24,937 nucleotides of DNA from positions 1-24,937 of IMG/VR virus record IMGVR_UViG_3300025652_000505; one strand, 5' to 3'. This DNA comes from a virus. Lineage: Duplodnaviria; Caudoviricetes. The first letter of the stretch is position 1, and the number at the start of each line of letters is the position of its first letter. Of the stretch, positions 1 through 9,410 are shown one piece after another. A program made the translations under genes and the position numbers. Under the pieces are notes generated by a model. The model was given only the letters and a program-made list of their open reading frames with translations. It ran no database searches and had not been told where the DNA came from.

Positions 1-508
1 TATCTCCTGCCGCTGCACTAGCTGCAATTAGTTTTTCGAAACCGTCGAAAGAGTTGTTAGTTGCCGCTGCAGTATCTCCTTGCCATATACAGAACTCTGT
101 ATTTTGTGCAACTTCTGCTGCTACATGAGCAATCATAAAGTCAGAGAATTTAGGTGGTAAAGTTTGACCTAGACCGTAACCCATTTGTTGTGCTTCCCAA
201 TCGTTCACAAAGTCATACTTACATAACTGTAAATTTACTTGCAATTCAACTGGTTGGATAATTCTCTCTGTAAGTGTTACAGAAGAGTTAGGTACAAAGT
301 CACATCCTGCAGCAGTTACTAATGCCCCTGTTGCTAGTTTCTTGATTACCTCTTTGTAAGCGATATTCGCTTTTACTGTTAAACCTCCATCGTCAATAGT
401 TGATGCAGATAATAATGCCGCTGCTATATACTCTCCTGCGAATTCCCCCGCATAAGTTGTAGTGATATTAACCGCAGTTGCTAATTGTACGTTTTTTAGA
501 TTGCTCAT
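1..508 (-). CDS. Major capsid protein, N-terminal part (runs off the left edge)
   Basis: Manually translated from ATG at 508: MSNLKNVQLATAVNITTTYAGEFAGEYIAAALLSASTIDDGG...ERIIQPVELQVNLQLCK..., open to position 1. It follows the protease and scaffold genes and resembles capsids of Bacteroidota-type phages as I recall them. Not in the ORF track. Confidence 0.85.
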   Translation of the reverse strand, partial: MSNLKNVQLATAVNITTTYAGEFAGEYIAAALLSASTIDDGGLTVKANIAYKEVIKKLATGALVTAAGCDFVPNSSVTLTERIIQPVELQVNLQLCKYDFVNDWEAQQMGYGLGQTLPPKFSDFMIAHVAAEVAQNTEFCIWQGDTAAATNNSFDGFEKLIAASAAAGD

Positions 509-511
509 ATT

Positions 512-1138
512 TTATTTATTTAATTTATTTAATACTCTGTCTAGTGTTGTTGAAAATTTACCTTTTCCAAATTCTACTCTTGTTTTTTGAGCTGTTTCAG
601 ATTCTGGATTATGTTTGATTGGCTTAGCTGCAGCTTCAGAAAACTCTTCTTTAACTGTTCTGCTTTTAAGAGTGTTAGACTCTTCTGACAAATCCTCTTC
701 TTTAGGCTGCATCATTTCTTTGATTTCGTCAATAGTAGCTTTAATCTCTCCTATTGCAGAAGAAAGCTCTTCTTTTGTAACATAGCCCATGTCTTCTTTT
801 TTGTCTTTCTTGTCATCTCCTAAATCGTCCTCTTCCTTTTCAAGATCTTCTGTAATCTCTTCGCCGTCTTTAGATTCTTTTTGTGGAACTTCGTCAGAGA
901 CTTCTCTAACGTCTCCGATCATACCCTCTTCGGATACAACGACTAACCTTCCATCTTCAAGTAAATACTCGCCGACAGGCATTGCTACTTTCTCATCGTC
1001 TGTAACGATAAAGATTTCTTTTCCCTTTTCAAAGGATTCAGCACTTACTATAGTGCCATTTTCTAGCTTCGTCTCTTCAAGTTTTACCTCGATGTTTAAA
1101 AGCGTCTTAATTTGATTGATCATTTCAGTTGATTTCAT
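512..1138 (-). CDS. Putative capsid scaffolding protein
   Basis: 208 aa, very acidic, with a coiled-coil-like C-terminal half. Lies between the prohead protease and the capsid gene. Confidence 0.65.
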   Translation of the reverse strand: MKSTEMINQIKTLLNIEVKLEETKLENGTIVSAESFEKGKEIFIVTDDEKVAMPVGEYLLEDGRLVVVSEEGMIGDVREVSDEVPQKESKDGEEITEDLEKEEDDLGDDKKDKKEDMGYVTKEELSSAIGEIKATIDEIKEMMQPKEEDLSEESNTLKSRTVKEEFSEAAAKPIKHNPESETAQKTRVEFGKGKFSTTLDRVLNKLNK

Positions 1139-1172
1139 ATTATATATATAACGGTTAAAAAATTAAAATTTG
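1139..1172 (-). promoter_or_regulatory. Putative phage late promoter CAAA-N15-CGTTATATATATA (copy 1)
   Basis: Same motif and spacing as at 1942-1972 and 9411-9441, directly before the scaffold ATG. Confidence 0.7.
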
Positions 1173-1181
1173 TATTTTTAC

Positions 1182-1346
1182 TCAGGTTCTTGTTATAACT
1201 CCGATGCCTTGAGCCCTTACAGAGCCATCACAACAAGATCTAGAATAAGTATTCTCATCCCAACATAAACAAGCCCTGCCACTATTAGTAGGCGATGTTC
1301 TGCTAGGTATAAAAATAGCTTGATTCCCTTTCTTATTTCTTTGCAT
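1182..1346 (-). CDS. Small Cys-rich protein (54 aa) in the head module
   Basis: Manual translation MQRNKKGNQAIFIPSRTSPTNSGRACLCWDENTYSRSCCDGSVRAQGIGVITRT*. Fills the protease-scaffold gap and overlaps the protease stop. Confidence 0.75.
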   Translation of the reverse strand: MQRNKKGNQAIFIPSRTSPTNSGRACLCWDENTYSRSCCDGSVRAQGIGVITRT

Positions 1347-1941
1347 CCTCAGTAGTTAAAATGTTTATTATTTTGTTTAGGATTATTTCGTCTTTTGACA
1401 TATCCTCTTTGATCTTTTCTTTAGGGCGTTCCATTTTGTCAGCAAAATAGCCTTCAATAGAGAAACCTTTGACTTTATCAGTTTTAACATATTCATTCCA
1501 TATTTCATCATTGTTTACTTTTACAGCACCCATCCAAGTACCTACAGGGACATCTAATCCATACTTTCTAGATTTGTCCTGTACCTTGTCTTCAACAATC
1601 CAACTCTCGACTAACGTCAAGCCCTTCAATGCCTGATCGTGTTCAAGAGTCGTACTGTTTTGATACCCGTTTCGCAGGTACATTTGTGATGCTTTTACTA
1701 TTGTGTCTTTAGAAAAGAAAATGTAGTACTCGCCTTCATCCCCTTTTCTGTATATTGGTTTATTAGGTATCAATAAAGCACCTAATAAAATTCTTTTATC
1801 CTTGTCAATTTCCGCTAGTTTAATCTCTTGATTATTTAAAGCCACGAAATCAGACTCTATTGCAGGGCTTTCTACGATCGAGATCGCTTCGATTCCACCT
1901 TCTTCTTGCTCTTCGTCAAGTATTAGTTCTACTATTCTCAT
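1333..1941 (-). CDS. XkdF-like putative prohead serine protease
   Basis: Motifs ISIVESPAIE, GALLIPNKPIYR, TLEH, LVESW, PVGTW and VKGFSIEG. Upstream of scaffold and capsid. Confidence 0.8.
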   Translation of the reverse strand: MRIVELILDEEQEEGGIEAISIVESPAIESDFVALNNQEIKLAEIDKDKRILLGALLIPNKPIYRKGDEGEYYIFFSKDTIVKASQMYLRNGYQNSTTLEHDQALKGLTLVESWIVEDKVQDKSRKYGLDVPVGTWMGAVKVNNDEIWNEYVKTDKVKGFSIEGYFADKMERPKEKIKEDMSKDEIILNKIINILTTEDAKK

Positions 1942-1972
1942 ATATATATAACGTGTTTAAAGTTAAAATTTG
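1942..1972 (-). promoter_or_regulatory. Putative phage late promoter (copy 2)
   Basis: CAAATTTTAACTTTAAACACGTTATATATAT immediately followed by the protease ATG. Confidence 0.7.
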
Positions 1973-4135
1973 TTAATCTATTGTAGCACCCGACACTATA
2001 TTGCGCTCTAAACTCTGTGCAGTAGTTACGTCATTTGCTACTACATAAGTTTGTATTGGTTGCTGACTCTGTCCTCCGATAGCGTCTGCTAACTGACTCG
2101 TATCTCCTGCACCTACTGTATTAAAAGCGGGTGGAACAGAAGCCATAGGCGGTACAGGCTCTAATCCTGATCTTGCCGAATATGATGGCGATGACGGTGT
2201 GCCTCCACCTCCAGAAGCTTTTGGCTTTGTCTTCATGATGTCCTTTACAGACTTAAAACCGATAGATGCGACCGTTGCTATGTTCGCTATTTTTAAAGCA
2301 ATACCCCAAGGAGTCGCTGTTTTAGTTGCTAGTTCTGCCGTTATACCTTGATATGTATTTATTAACGCTGAGGCTATTGCGGCTGCTTTTCCTGCCTTTG
2401 AATTTTCGCCTAATAAATTAGCGATACTTGCAAAGGTTTGTTGAGCCATACTAATTTCAGCATTTCTTTTGATTTCGTCTTGCTCTGTTTCTAATGCATC
2501 GTATTTAGCATTTATAGCAGCCATCTCTTCTTGTGTCGCACCGAACCTTGTAAGCTCGTCTAAAGCCATTTGTCTTTGCTTCTCTAGTGCTAACTCCTCT
2601 TCGCCTAGTTGAGCCTCTAAAAACGCCTCCTTTTCAACAGCTAATGCCTCTGCCTCCTCCTCTTCTATTATTTTCTTTTTTTCTTTAAATGCCTGTTCGA
2701 CATCTAAGATCATTTGCTGTTTTTCAGTCTCTGATAATTTAAGATCTTCTAATGCTAAAATCCTTGCTTCTTTTTCTGCCTCTATTTCTGCAAACTTATT
2801 TTCTTTGTCTTTTATTCTTAAAGAGTCTTTAAAGTCTTGCACCGCTTTTGCGTTCGCTATCTCTTCGTCTGATTTTGCTTTGTCGGCTGCAATAGCTTCG
2901 GCATTAAAGGCTATAATCTGCCCTGTAACTTCTCTTTGTTTCATTAACCTAGCTGTTTCTAGATTAATTAAATTAGCTTTTAAATTAGCCTCCTCTTCTA
3001 GATCCTCTTTTGTAGAGTCTCCTAATGCGTTTTCTGCTTGTTTTGCGTTTAATCTTAGTTGAGCAGCTTTAATTTCTTGCTGTGTTATTTGATCTTCTAA
3101 TTCGCTTGCTTCTTTTAGAAATGCGATTCTTTCTTGCGTCGTAAACTTCTCTTTGTTTACAGACTTTTCTAATAACTCTGCTCGTTTTCTATTTGCCTCT
3201 GCTCTGTCTGTTATTAGCTTTCTGTCTAGCTTATCTGCCGCTGCTCTTTGATCTGCTATTTTTCCTGCAGCCTTACCTTCTTTTATTATCTCTGTTGTTA
3301 ATTCTTTAACAGAGCTTGATACTTTTCCGATAGTATCTTTTACGCCTGTCATGGTGTCTATGTAAGAAGTACCTGCTGACTTTGCATCTTCCATAGCTCC
3401 AGAAAAATCGCCACTAAACACCTTTTTAATAGCACTACCTAAAAAGCCTAATGTATCAATAGCACTAGAAATTCTATTGGTTATATTTTCGACGAATGCA
3501 TCTTTAAAGTCGATGAGTGCTTGTTTAGGATTTTCAAAAACACTAATTAAAAAGTTTCCTAATGACGCTAGTCTGTCTGTAAACACAGAAACAGTAGCAC
3601 CTAATATGCCCATTATTTTATTCCACTTATTCTGCCCTTCTTCTGACGATGTAAAGGCTGCACTTAATGACGTTAAAGCAATTAGTAAAGCACCAATACC
3701 TGTTCCGATAATGGCAATCTTCATAAGATTAAAACCTTTCGTAGCACCGCCTATTGACTTCGTCATGCCTTGTATGCCTGATATAAGACCGCCAGTCTTT
3801 TGATCTACCATACCGATAACACCACCGTAATCTGCAGCGTTTTCTTCTGCTTCTTTTAACTCCTCATTAGCTTTTTTACGCTCTTTGTTTAGCTCTTTTA
3901 AACCCTGTCTTTCGTCTCCTAGCTGTTCTTTAGTTTTAGCTATTTGATCATTTAACGCTTTCCTTGCAGCTAAGTCTGTTTTAGATGTTTTCTTTAGCTC
4001 CTTTTCATATCCTCTTAATTCCTTTTCTAAGTCAAAAAGCAAGTCCTCTTGGATCTTTAAATTTTCGTTAAGATCTTCAACGTTCTTTTGCGCCTGTTCA
4101 GTAGATACCTTTAAACTATATTCTTTTACTTCCAT
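1973..4135 (-). CDS. Tape-measure-like tail protein
   Basis: 720 aa, Ala/Glu/Lys-rich helical coiled coil with Gly-rich hydrophobic segments (IAIIGTGIGALLIAL). Located in the tail module. Confidence 0.7.
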   Translation of the reverse strand: MEVKEYSLKVSTEQAQKNVEDLNENLKIQEDLLFDLEKELRGYEKELKKTSKTDLAARKALNDQIAKTKEQLGDERQGLKELNKERKKANEELKEAEENAADYGGVIGMVDQKTGGLISGIQGMTKSIGGATKGFNLMKIAIIGTGIGALLIALTSLSAAFTSSEEGQNKWNKIMGILGATVSVFTDRLASLGNFLISVFENPKQALIDFKDAFVENITNRISSAIDTLGFLGSAIKKVFSGDFSGAMEDAKSAGTSYIDTMTGVKDTIGKVSSSVKELTTEIIKEGKAAGKIADQRAAADKLDRKLITDRAEANRKRAELLEKSVNKEKFTTQERIAFLKEASELEDQITQQEIKAAQLRLNAKQAENALGDSTKEDLEEEANLKANLINLETARLMKQREVTGQIIAFNAEAIAADKAKSDEEIANAKAVQDFKDSLRIKDKENKFAEIEAEKEARILALEDLKLSETEKQQMILDVEQAFKEKKKIIEEEEAEALAVEKEAFLEAQLGEEELALEKQRQMALDELTRFGATQEEMAAINAKYDALETEQDEIKRNAEISMAQQTFASIANLLGENSKAGKAAAIASALINTYQGITAELATKTATPWGIALKIANIATVASIGFKSVKDIMKTKPKASGGGGTPSSPSYSARSGLEPVPPMASVPPAFNTVGAGDTSQLADAIGGQSQQPIQTYVVANDVTTAQSLERNIVSGATID

Positions 4136-4266
4136 AGTATTGTTTTTTTAATAAGTTTAAATCCTGACTTAAAGTCTTTAGGTAAGGCGTATTTTCCTTG
4201 TGCAATTCGTATGTTCTCTGTCTCTCCTTTTGAGAATTGTAGTAATTCGATTATATTTTTTATCAT
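4126..4266 (-). CDS. Small hypothetical protein (46 aa)
   Basis: MIKNIIELLQ...IAQGKYALPK...LWK*. The ATG at 4266 makes an ATGA overlap with the upstream stop, so it is preferred over the track's start at 4341. Confidence 0.6.
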   Translation of the reverse strand: MIKNIIELLQFSKGETENIRIAQGKYALPKDFKSGFKLIKKTILWK

Positions 4267-6659
4267 GGTTGTCCGCAAATTTTGCTTGTTATTTTTCCGT
4301 TTGAGTCTACAACTATTAATCCTTGATAACCTGCAGAACAAAATGTGCTGTTTTCTGCAGATCCTGCTTGTGTATAGCTTCCAGAACTAGGTGTTGTTGT
4401 AAGCTCTTTGTTTGTATATACATAGTCTCCAACGCTTAAATTAGGAGCAATACCAATAGAGGATCTATACCATAGTATGCCTCCTCCTGTACCTTGATAC
4501 GTTATGTTCTGTATTGATAGCGAATAATTACTGACTTTATTTAACAGCTCCATTTCGCTTTTACCGTTTTGCAGGTTTGTCGTTATAGAATTAATTATAT
4601 AATTTCTGCTGTTTATTGTAAACGTGTCATTAAGTTTAAAATTAAATAAAATCTTTAATGGCAAAATAGCTGACACTTTAGTAATCCTTCGGCTTCTATT
4701 AAATACATCTATTATATACTGACTATGATAATCGGCAAATAAGGTGTCGTTAAAGTTCTGAGATTGTTGATACTCGTTTTGTTCAAATGCAAAGTTTATG
4801 TTTTGAGTACCTTGAGTAGCATCTAAATAAAGACTGTTACTAGGAATCCAGTAAGCGTTGACAGAAACCTTGCCAGTTCCCGTTGTCGATGTTTGATAGC
4901 TAATAGGCGTGCCGTTCGTTTTTAAAGTCGCATAAAAAATCAAAGGCTTACCTATATAAGATTGAGCGTTTTCGTTTACAGACCATCCCCACATTGGATC
5001 TATTAAAGCTCCGTTGCTTCCGTTTAAAAGTCTCTCATATTGCATGTGCTCAAAAGGAACTTTAACTTCATATAATTTAGTCGATGCGTTATAATTAATC
5101 CCGCCTGTTCCGTCACTATTCGTGCCTCCTATATAGGGCAAAGATCCCCAAGCTCGACCGTCTAGCTGTTGAAACTGTTTAGCTAAAAACGTTCCAGTCC
5201 CTTCATATCTATATATAATTTCCTTGTAAGGCAGGGCTACGTTTACTTGACTTTTGGTTACATCAACATATTCTGATATATTATAATTTACTGGCGCATC
5301 GTTTCCGTTAATGTCGGCAGAAGTATAGTAACTGTAATCAACCCCCGCTGCCCCGTCTAAAGGTCTAACTACTATTGTCCCCTCATCGTCTACATAAGCG
5401 ACTAAATTAAACATCTTGAAAAGACCAGTAAGAAACGACATTATACTAACGTCAGGGATCTGCTCAGCAACGATAAAATCAAATTCCGTAACAGCATTAA
5501 AAGCACCTATAGTTACTGTCTTTGTCCAACCTACAGGAGCTTGTCCCGTATTTCTAGTAAAGCCTTCAAAAAACCAAGAGATACCTGAGAAATTAACCTG
5601 TGTAGTGTGTAAGATAGTTACTGTATAAACTCCGTTTGGAACAAAATACTGTAGGCTTATGTTCGTCGTTCCTGTCTGAGCAGTAGATGTAAATATAACG
5701 TTTCCTGATTCTCTTACTTGTACTTGATATTCTTGCGAATTTCCTGATACTGGCGTTACGAGTAGTTGATTGTCAATTATAGCGTTTGGGTTTGTAATTG
5801 CAGATGCAGGAACTACAATAGTATTAAAGCTAGTAATAATATTATCTATTCCTTGAGGCGACCAACCCGATGTCGAAGTAGTATAGTTTACAATCTGCTG
5901 AGGTGCTTGAACATAACCGCTCTTACGATGCAACCACATATAGAGGTTATAGAATTCTGGATTACTAGTGCTAAAGAAATCTCTTGAGAAAACTATATTA
6001 TTTGCATAACCGTTTGCAGTAGTATATTTCGTTTCAATTTCTAGTATTATCTCATATAGTCTTAAAGCGAATTTTAACTGATCATAATAAACCCCTTGCT
6101 GAGAGCTTGAATTATAATGTAGATTATCAACGTTTGTAGTAGAAGAGTTATAAAACAGCCTTTGAGTATGCGTTATAAAAGGAACAATTAATTTACCGTT
6201 TCCTTGTTGAGATGCAAAGAACGCTTTAATAGTTTGTTGATTATAAGTCTGCGTATAATCGCTACTGGCAAAGAATAATGATCCTAGTTTGTCATCCCCT
6301 AAAATATCAGGCAATTCTACTGTATTTCCAAAGAACGTAATTCTATATGTATGCGCTAAGTTGTTTTTAAGATCAACCCCTTCTAGCTTTATTCGACCTG
6401 TTTTGTATGGTAAAAAATTAAGCTCAATAATACCGTTTTTTTTAATCCTTGCATCAAAACCGTCTACAATGTTATAGTTGTAATAATGCTTAAAAATCTT
6501 ATTATTGGTTTTAGTAGCAGGTACAGAAAAGGTCTTTGTAAATGAAGTAAATATCTTTGCAATATCTTTTACATTCTGAATAGTCTGAGTAATAGAAACT
6601 GATTCGTCTTTGAAAAGCTCTATCCTTTGACCTTCTATGTATAGCTGTAATTCTTGCAT
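4263..6659 (-). CDS. Large tail/baseplate structural protein
   Basis: 798 aa, beta-rich and Thr/Asn/Ser-rich. The N-terminus (LFKDESVSITQTIQNVKDIAKIFTSFTKTFSVPA) resembles phage minor tail/hub proteins. Tail-module context. Confidence 0.65.
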   Translation of the reverse strand: MQELQLYIEGQRIELFKDESVSITQTIQNVKDIAKIFTSFTKTFSVPATKTNNKIFKHYYNYNIVDGFDARIKKNGIIELNFLPYKTGRIKLEGVDLKNNLAHTYRITFFGNTVELPDILGDDKLGSLFFASSDYTQTYNQQTIKAFFASQQGNGKLIVPFITHTQRLFYNSSTTNVDNLHYNSSSQQGVYYDQLKFALRLYEIILEIETKYTTANGYANNIVFSRDFFSTSNPEFYNLYMWLHRKSGYVQAPQQIVNYTTSTSGWSPQGIDNIITSFNTIVVPASAITNPNAIIDNQLLVTPVSGNSQEYQVQVRESGNVIFTSTAQTGTTNISLQYFVPNGVYTVTILHTTQVNFSGISWFFEGFTRNTGQAPVGWTKTVTIGAFNAVTEFDFIVAEQIPDVSIMSFLTGLFKMFNLVAYVDDEGTIVVRPLDGAAGVDYSYYTSADINGNDAPVNYNISEYVDVTKSQVNVALPYKEIIYRYEGTGTFLAKQFQQLDGRAWGSLPYIGGTNSDGTGGINYNASTKLYEVKVPFEHMQYERLLNGSNGALIDPMWGWSVNENAQSYIGKPLIFYATLKTNGTPISYQTSTTGTGKVSVNAYWIPSNSLYLDATQGTQNINFAFEQNEYQQSQNFNDTLFADYHSQYIIDVFNRSRRITKVSAILPLKILFNFKLNDTFTINSRNYIINSITTNLQNGKSEMELLNKVSNYSLSIQNITYQGTGGGILWYRSSIGIAPNLSVGDYVYTNKELTTTPSSGSYTQAGSAENSTFCSAGYQGLIVVDSNGKITSKICGQP

Positions 6660-7667
6660 TTATCTTACGTTGTTTATGTAATCAAAAGCGTCCTCAAATT
6701 CCATGGTATATTCTATTAACCGATCGTTTACTGACGTTTTAAATGATATGTTTGATGTTTTAACTATTACAGGAATCGACTCGGTTTGACCGCTCCATGG
6801 CACATCTCTTGTAAGCCATACATACTCGCTTAATAGTAGTTGCTCAAAGTATTCGTTTGCCCATTCGGGATAGTAACCGCTTGACAATGTTCTAGTTTGT
6901 TTTGCCTGAGTATTAAACAGCTTTTTAGGTGCGTTAGTATCGGAATAAGTTGCAGTAGCTGTAAGGGTGTTTGACTGATAGTTTTCGTTTGATCTAGATA
7001 TTGAGTCTGATTTTTTTAAGAAAAACCAAAGATCCTGCATAACACCGTATCTATTTATAAAAGTAATCTTGTTTCCAACACCATACTTTGTGCAGTCTAC
7101 TCTAACTATATTTAGCTGTATTCCGCCTGTAGGTGTAAGGGTTGTTTGTGTACTATTATAAAGGGCATTAGCAACCGTCCCTGTATAAGATACCCAACTC
7201 ACAGATCCTGTTTTTCCTATTGGTACATATATATAATAATCGTCATTTAGAGTCGCTGAGGTATTTGGATATGACTTTGCTAATAGCCATGTCGGTCTGG
7301 TTCTGTTACTAAAAGGAATAACGCTGTTTGTCCCGTCAGTAAAAACAGAATAAGCCTCCCATCCGTCTCCTGATATTGTTTGTATAGGCGAACCTTGAGC
7401 TGTTCCTTCTGCATTAGGTTGATTAAAAAATTGTATGTTAGTTACAAAGCTTATTTTTTGAGGAGGGGTTGTCAATATAATATCTAGATAATCCCGTAAT
7501 AATTCGCCAACTTCAAATATAACATCTACGTTTTGTGTTGCCTCTTTGACTACCGTGTAAACAGTAACAGAGTTTACTATAACTAATAATTTAGCTGAGG
7601 CTGTTGCTGATCCTGAGCTTTGTGCTTTGGCATATAACGGAGTTCTTAGTGCGTAATTTGTTGGCAT
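6660..7667 (-). CDS. Putative tail structural protein (distal-tail-like)
   Basis: 335 aa, beta-rich, with C-terminal FINRYG and QLLLSEYVW segments. Abuts the 798 aa tail gene. Confidence 0.55.
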   Translation of the reverse strand: MPTNYALRTPLYAKAQSSGSATASAKLLVIVNSVTVYTVVKEATQNVDVIFEVGELLRDYLDIILTTPPQKISFVTNIQFFNQPNAEGTAQGSPIQTISGDGWEAYSVFTDGTNSVIPFSNRTRPTWLLAKSYPNTSATLNDDYYIYVPIGKTGSVSWVSYTGTVANALYNSTQTTLTPTGGIQLNIVRVDCTKYGVGNKITFINRYGVMQDLWFFLKKSDSISRSNENYQSNTLTATATYSDTNAPKKLFNTQAKQTRTLSSGYYPEWANEYFEQLLLSEYVWLTRDVPWSGQTESIPVIVKTSNISFKTSVNDRLIEYTMEFEDAFDYINNVR

Positions 7668-7670
7668 AGT

Positions 7671-8204
7671 TTATCTTTTTTGTCCTAGTATTATTGCGTC
7701 TTCAATATCTAAAATGAATGATTCAGCAAGTTCTGGGCTTAGTGTTTTTATTCCTTTATTAAAAGGCTTTGTAAAAAAGTAATTCGGTTTTAATCCTTGA
7801 GCGAATATGCTCTTCTGTAATACAAACCCCATACTTCTATTGCTACCTTTTGCGTATTGCCCTTTAGCGTTTCGAAACCTTATGTTTTTACTCTTTGCCC
7901 AATTAGCTAATATTTGCATTGGAGGCATTTTGTTCGTGTATTTAAACTTGCTTATAGGAGCTTTCTGAATACCACCCTTAATTAGAGACGGGTTTGCGCC
8001 CTTAACTCCTTCATCGACATATATTCCGTAGTCCTCCATTAGAAAGTCTAGTAGAAACAGGTCTGCTTCTTTTTCTAAGGTATATTTAACTGACTCGTAT
8101 AATACGCCTGAGCCTTTGCCGTCTTTTGCTAGATTAGACTTGGCTTGTTGTACAACGTACTTTGCGTATTTATTTAAGACCTCTTCTAAGTTTGTAAAAT
8201 CCAT
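7671..8204 (-). CDS. Putative neck/tail-completion protein (HK97 gp10-like)
   Basis: 177 aa, basic, with SGVLYESV, YGIYVDEG and GLKPNYFFTKP motifs typical of virion morphogenesis proteins. Confidence 0.55.
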   Translation of the reverse strand: MDFTNLEEVLNKYAKYVVQQAKSNLAKDGKGSGVLYESVKYTLEKEADLFLLDFLMEDYGIYVDEGVKGANPSLIKGGIQKAPISKFKYTNKMPPMQILANWAKSKNIRFRNAKGQYAKGSNRSMGFVLQKSIFAQGLKPNYFFTKPFNKGIKTLSPELAESFILDIEDAIILGQKR

Positions 8205-8674
8205 TAGCAGATATATATGTCGTTATAGATTAATACTGTAATACTAGCTGACCATCCCGCTAACTGATTCTCGAAACGATCATAGAAAGGTGTTAAGGTA
8301 GGCGTACCATCTAGCTGATACATATCAGTATATAAAGTGCCCATCCTTAATCTCTGCGTCAGCCTGTTTAGGACTGCTAGTTGCGTATTTAGAATATCTT
8401 GAACATCGTTATTTCCTGTAAACCTGTCGACCGTTAGATCTTTAGATTGATTAACTATGTCACATGCTAGGATCGTCATATTAAACCTCAGCACTTGCTC
8501 CTCGTCTGTTACGCTATCTATAATGATATGTCCTAATGGAAAGATGTCTTGCTTGTTTAAATTTACGTCTGTAATATCGCCAGTAGTTACTGTGTTAATA
8601 TTTACGTCTTTTAGTAACTCTGCTTTTATGGTTTCCGTTAATTGGAAAAAACCTCTAACACCTTGATTTGCCAT
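8204..8674 (-). CDS. Putative tail terminator/completion protein
   Basis: 156 aa, acidic, with an FPLGHI motif and a C-terminal AGW beta strand. Tail-module position. Confidence 0.5.
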   Translation of the reverse strand: MANQGVRGFFQLTETIKAELLKDVNINTVTTGDITDVNLNKQDIFPLGHIIIDSVTDEEQVLRFNMTILACDIVNQSKDLTVDRFTGNNDVQDILNTQLAVLNRLTQRLRMGTLYTDMYQLDGTPTLTPFYDRFENQLAGWSASITVLIYNDIYIC

Positions 8675-8928
8675 TATTTAAACTTCTTTTTAATTTGTTT
8701 TGCTTCGAGTTCGTTTTTGTCTTTCATAAACGATAGCATCATAAAGCATTCATGCATCTTTAATTTAGTGATATTTTCAATTCTTGTAATGTCCCCTGTA
8801 GCGAGTCCATAAAGTGATTGATACCAACCCCACTTTTTTGAGAATTGAGATACTGCGTCAAGATCTCTGCCTCCTTGCTGTCCAAAGAGTTCGTCATAGT
8901 TTTCGATAATTCGAGTCCTAAATTCCAG
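8674..8928 (-). CDS. -1 frameshift extension of the tail assembly chaperone (84 aa; fusion about 245 aa)
   Basis: The -1 frame after the T10 run is open: LEFRTRIIENYDELFGQQGGRDLDAVSQFSKKWGWYQSLYGLATGDITRIENITKLKMHECFMMLSFMKDKNELEAKQIKKKFK*. Its TAA overlaps the next ATG (TAATG, 8676-8672). Confidence 0.75.
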   Translation of the reverse strand: MEFRTRIIENYDELFGQQGGRDLDAVSQFSKKWGWYQSLYGLATGDITRIENITKLKMHECFMMLSFMKDKNELEAKQIKKKFK

Positions 8929-9410
8929 AAAAAAAAAATTGATGACATAACTGCGTCCATCGGCATATCTAATAAAACACCTTCTGTCCCTAGTCTGTAC
9001 TCTTCTATATTGTAACGGTCTTTTAACTTGACAACGACAGGTCTATATAAAACATTCATAGCCTTTTCCATATTGTCCCAATCTCCAATAAAGGTATCTA
9101 GGTCTATGTATTCGCCAAGCGTCATTTCGTCTAGTTCGGGATGAAAGCCATAATCTACCTTGTTAAGATTAAAGCGAGTCACTAGAGCGGGTTTTTTGTC
9201 AAATAGGTTAGACAGTATCGAAACTATCTCCTGCGAGTCTGAGAGCTTTAAAAGCATTACATCCTCTAGTCTGACATTACACAGGATCTCAATCATTTTA
9301 GCATTTAAAAATCTAGGATCTTTTACTGTGTCTTGAATTTTCAAGTATTTTTTATACTGTCTTAAAGTAATTTCTTTAAGCGATGTCGGTATTTTAATAT
9401 TGATCTTCAT
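8760..9410 (-). CDS. Putative tail assembly chaperone (frame-0 product)
   Basis: 216 aa first gene of the tail operon. Contains the slippery run ATT TTT TTT TTC. Confidence 0.65.
   Translation of the reverse strand: MKINIKIPTSLKEITLRQYKKYLKIQDTVKDPRFLNAKMIEILCNVRLEDVMLLKLSDSQEIVSILSNLFDKKPALVTRFNLNKVDYGFHPELDEMTLGEYIDLDTFIGDWDNMEKAMNVLYRPVVVKLKDRYNIEEYRLGTEGVLLDMPMDAVMSSIFFFWNLGLELSKTMTNSLDSKEAEILTQYLNSQKSGVGINHFMDSLQGTLQELKISLN
8928..8939 (-). other. Slippery sequence A-TTTTTTTTTT-C (putative programmed -1 frameshift site)
   Basis: Ten A residues at 8929-8938 on the + strand, giving an X XXY YYZ heptamer (T TTT TTC) in frame 0. Confidence 0.7.

Noticed and set aside
4267-4341. Upstream extension of ORF 4126-4341
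   Set aside because: It overlaps the tail gene by about 79 nt. The ATG at 4266 gives a typical ATGA coupling.
8929-8938. A10 homopolymer as a sequencing error or pseudogene
   Set aside because: Both frames stay open for long stretches and the run is a canonical slippery motif in a tail-module gene, so programmed frameshifting is preferred. Reads are needed to exclude an error completely.
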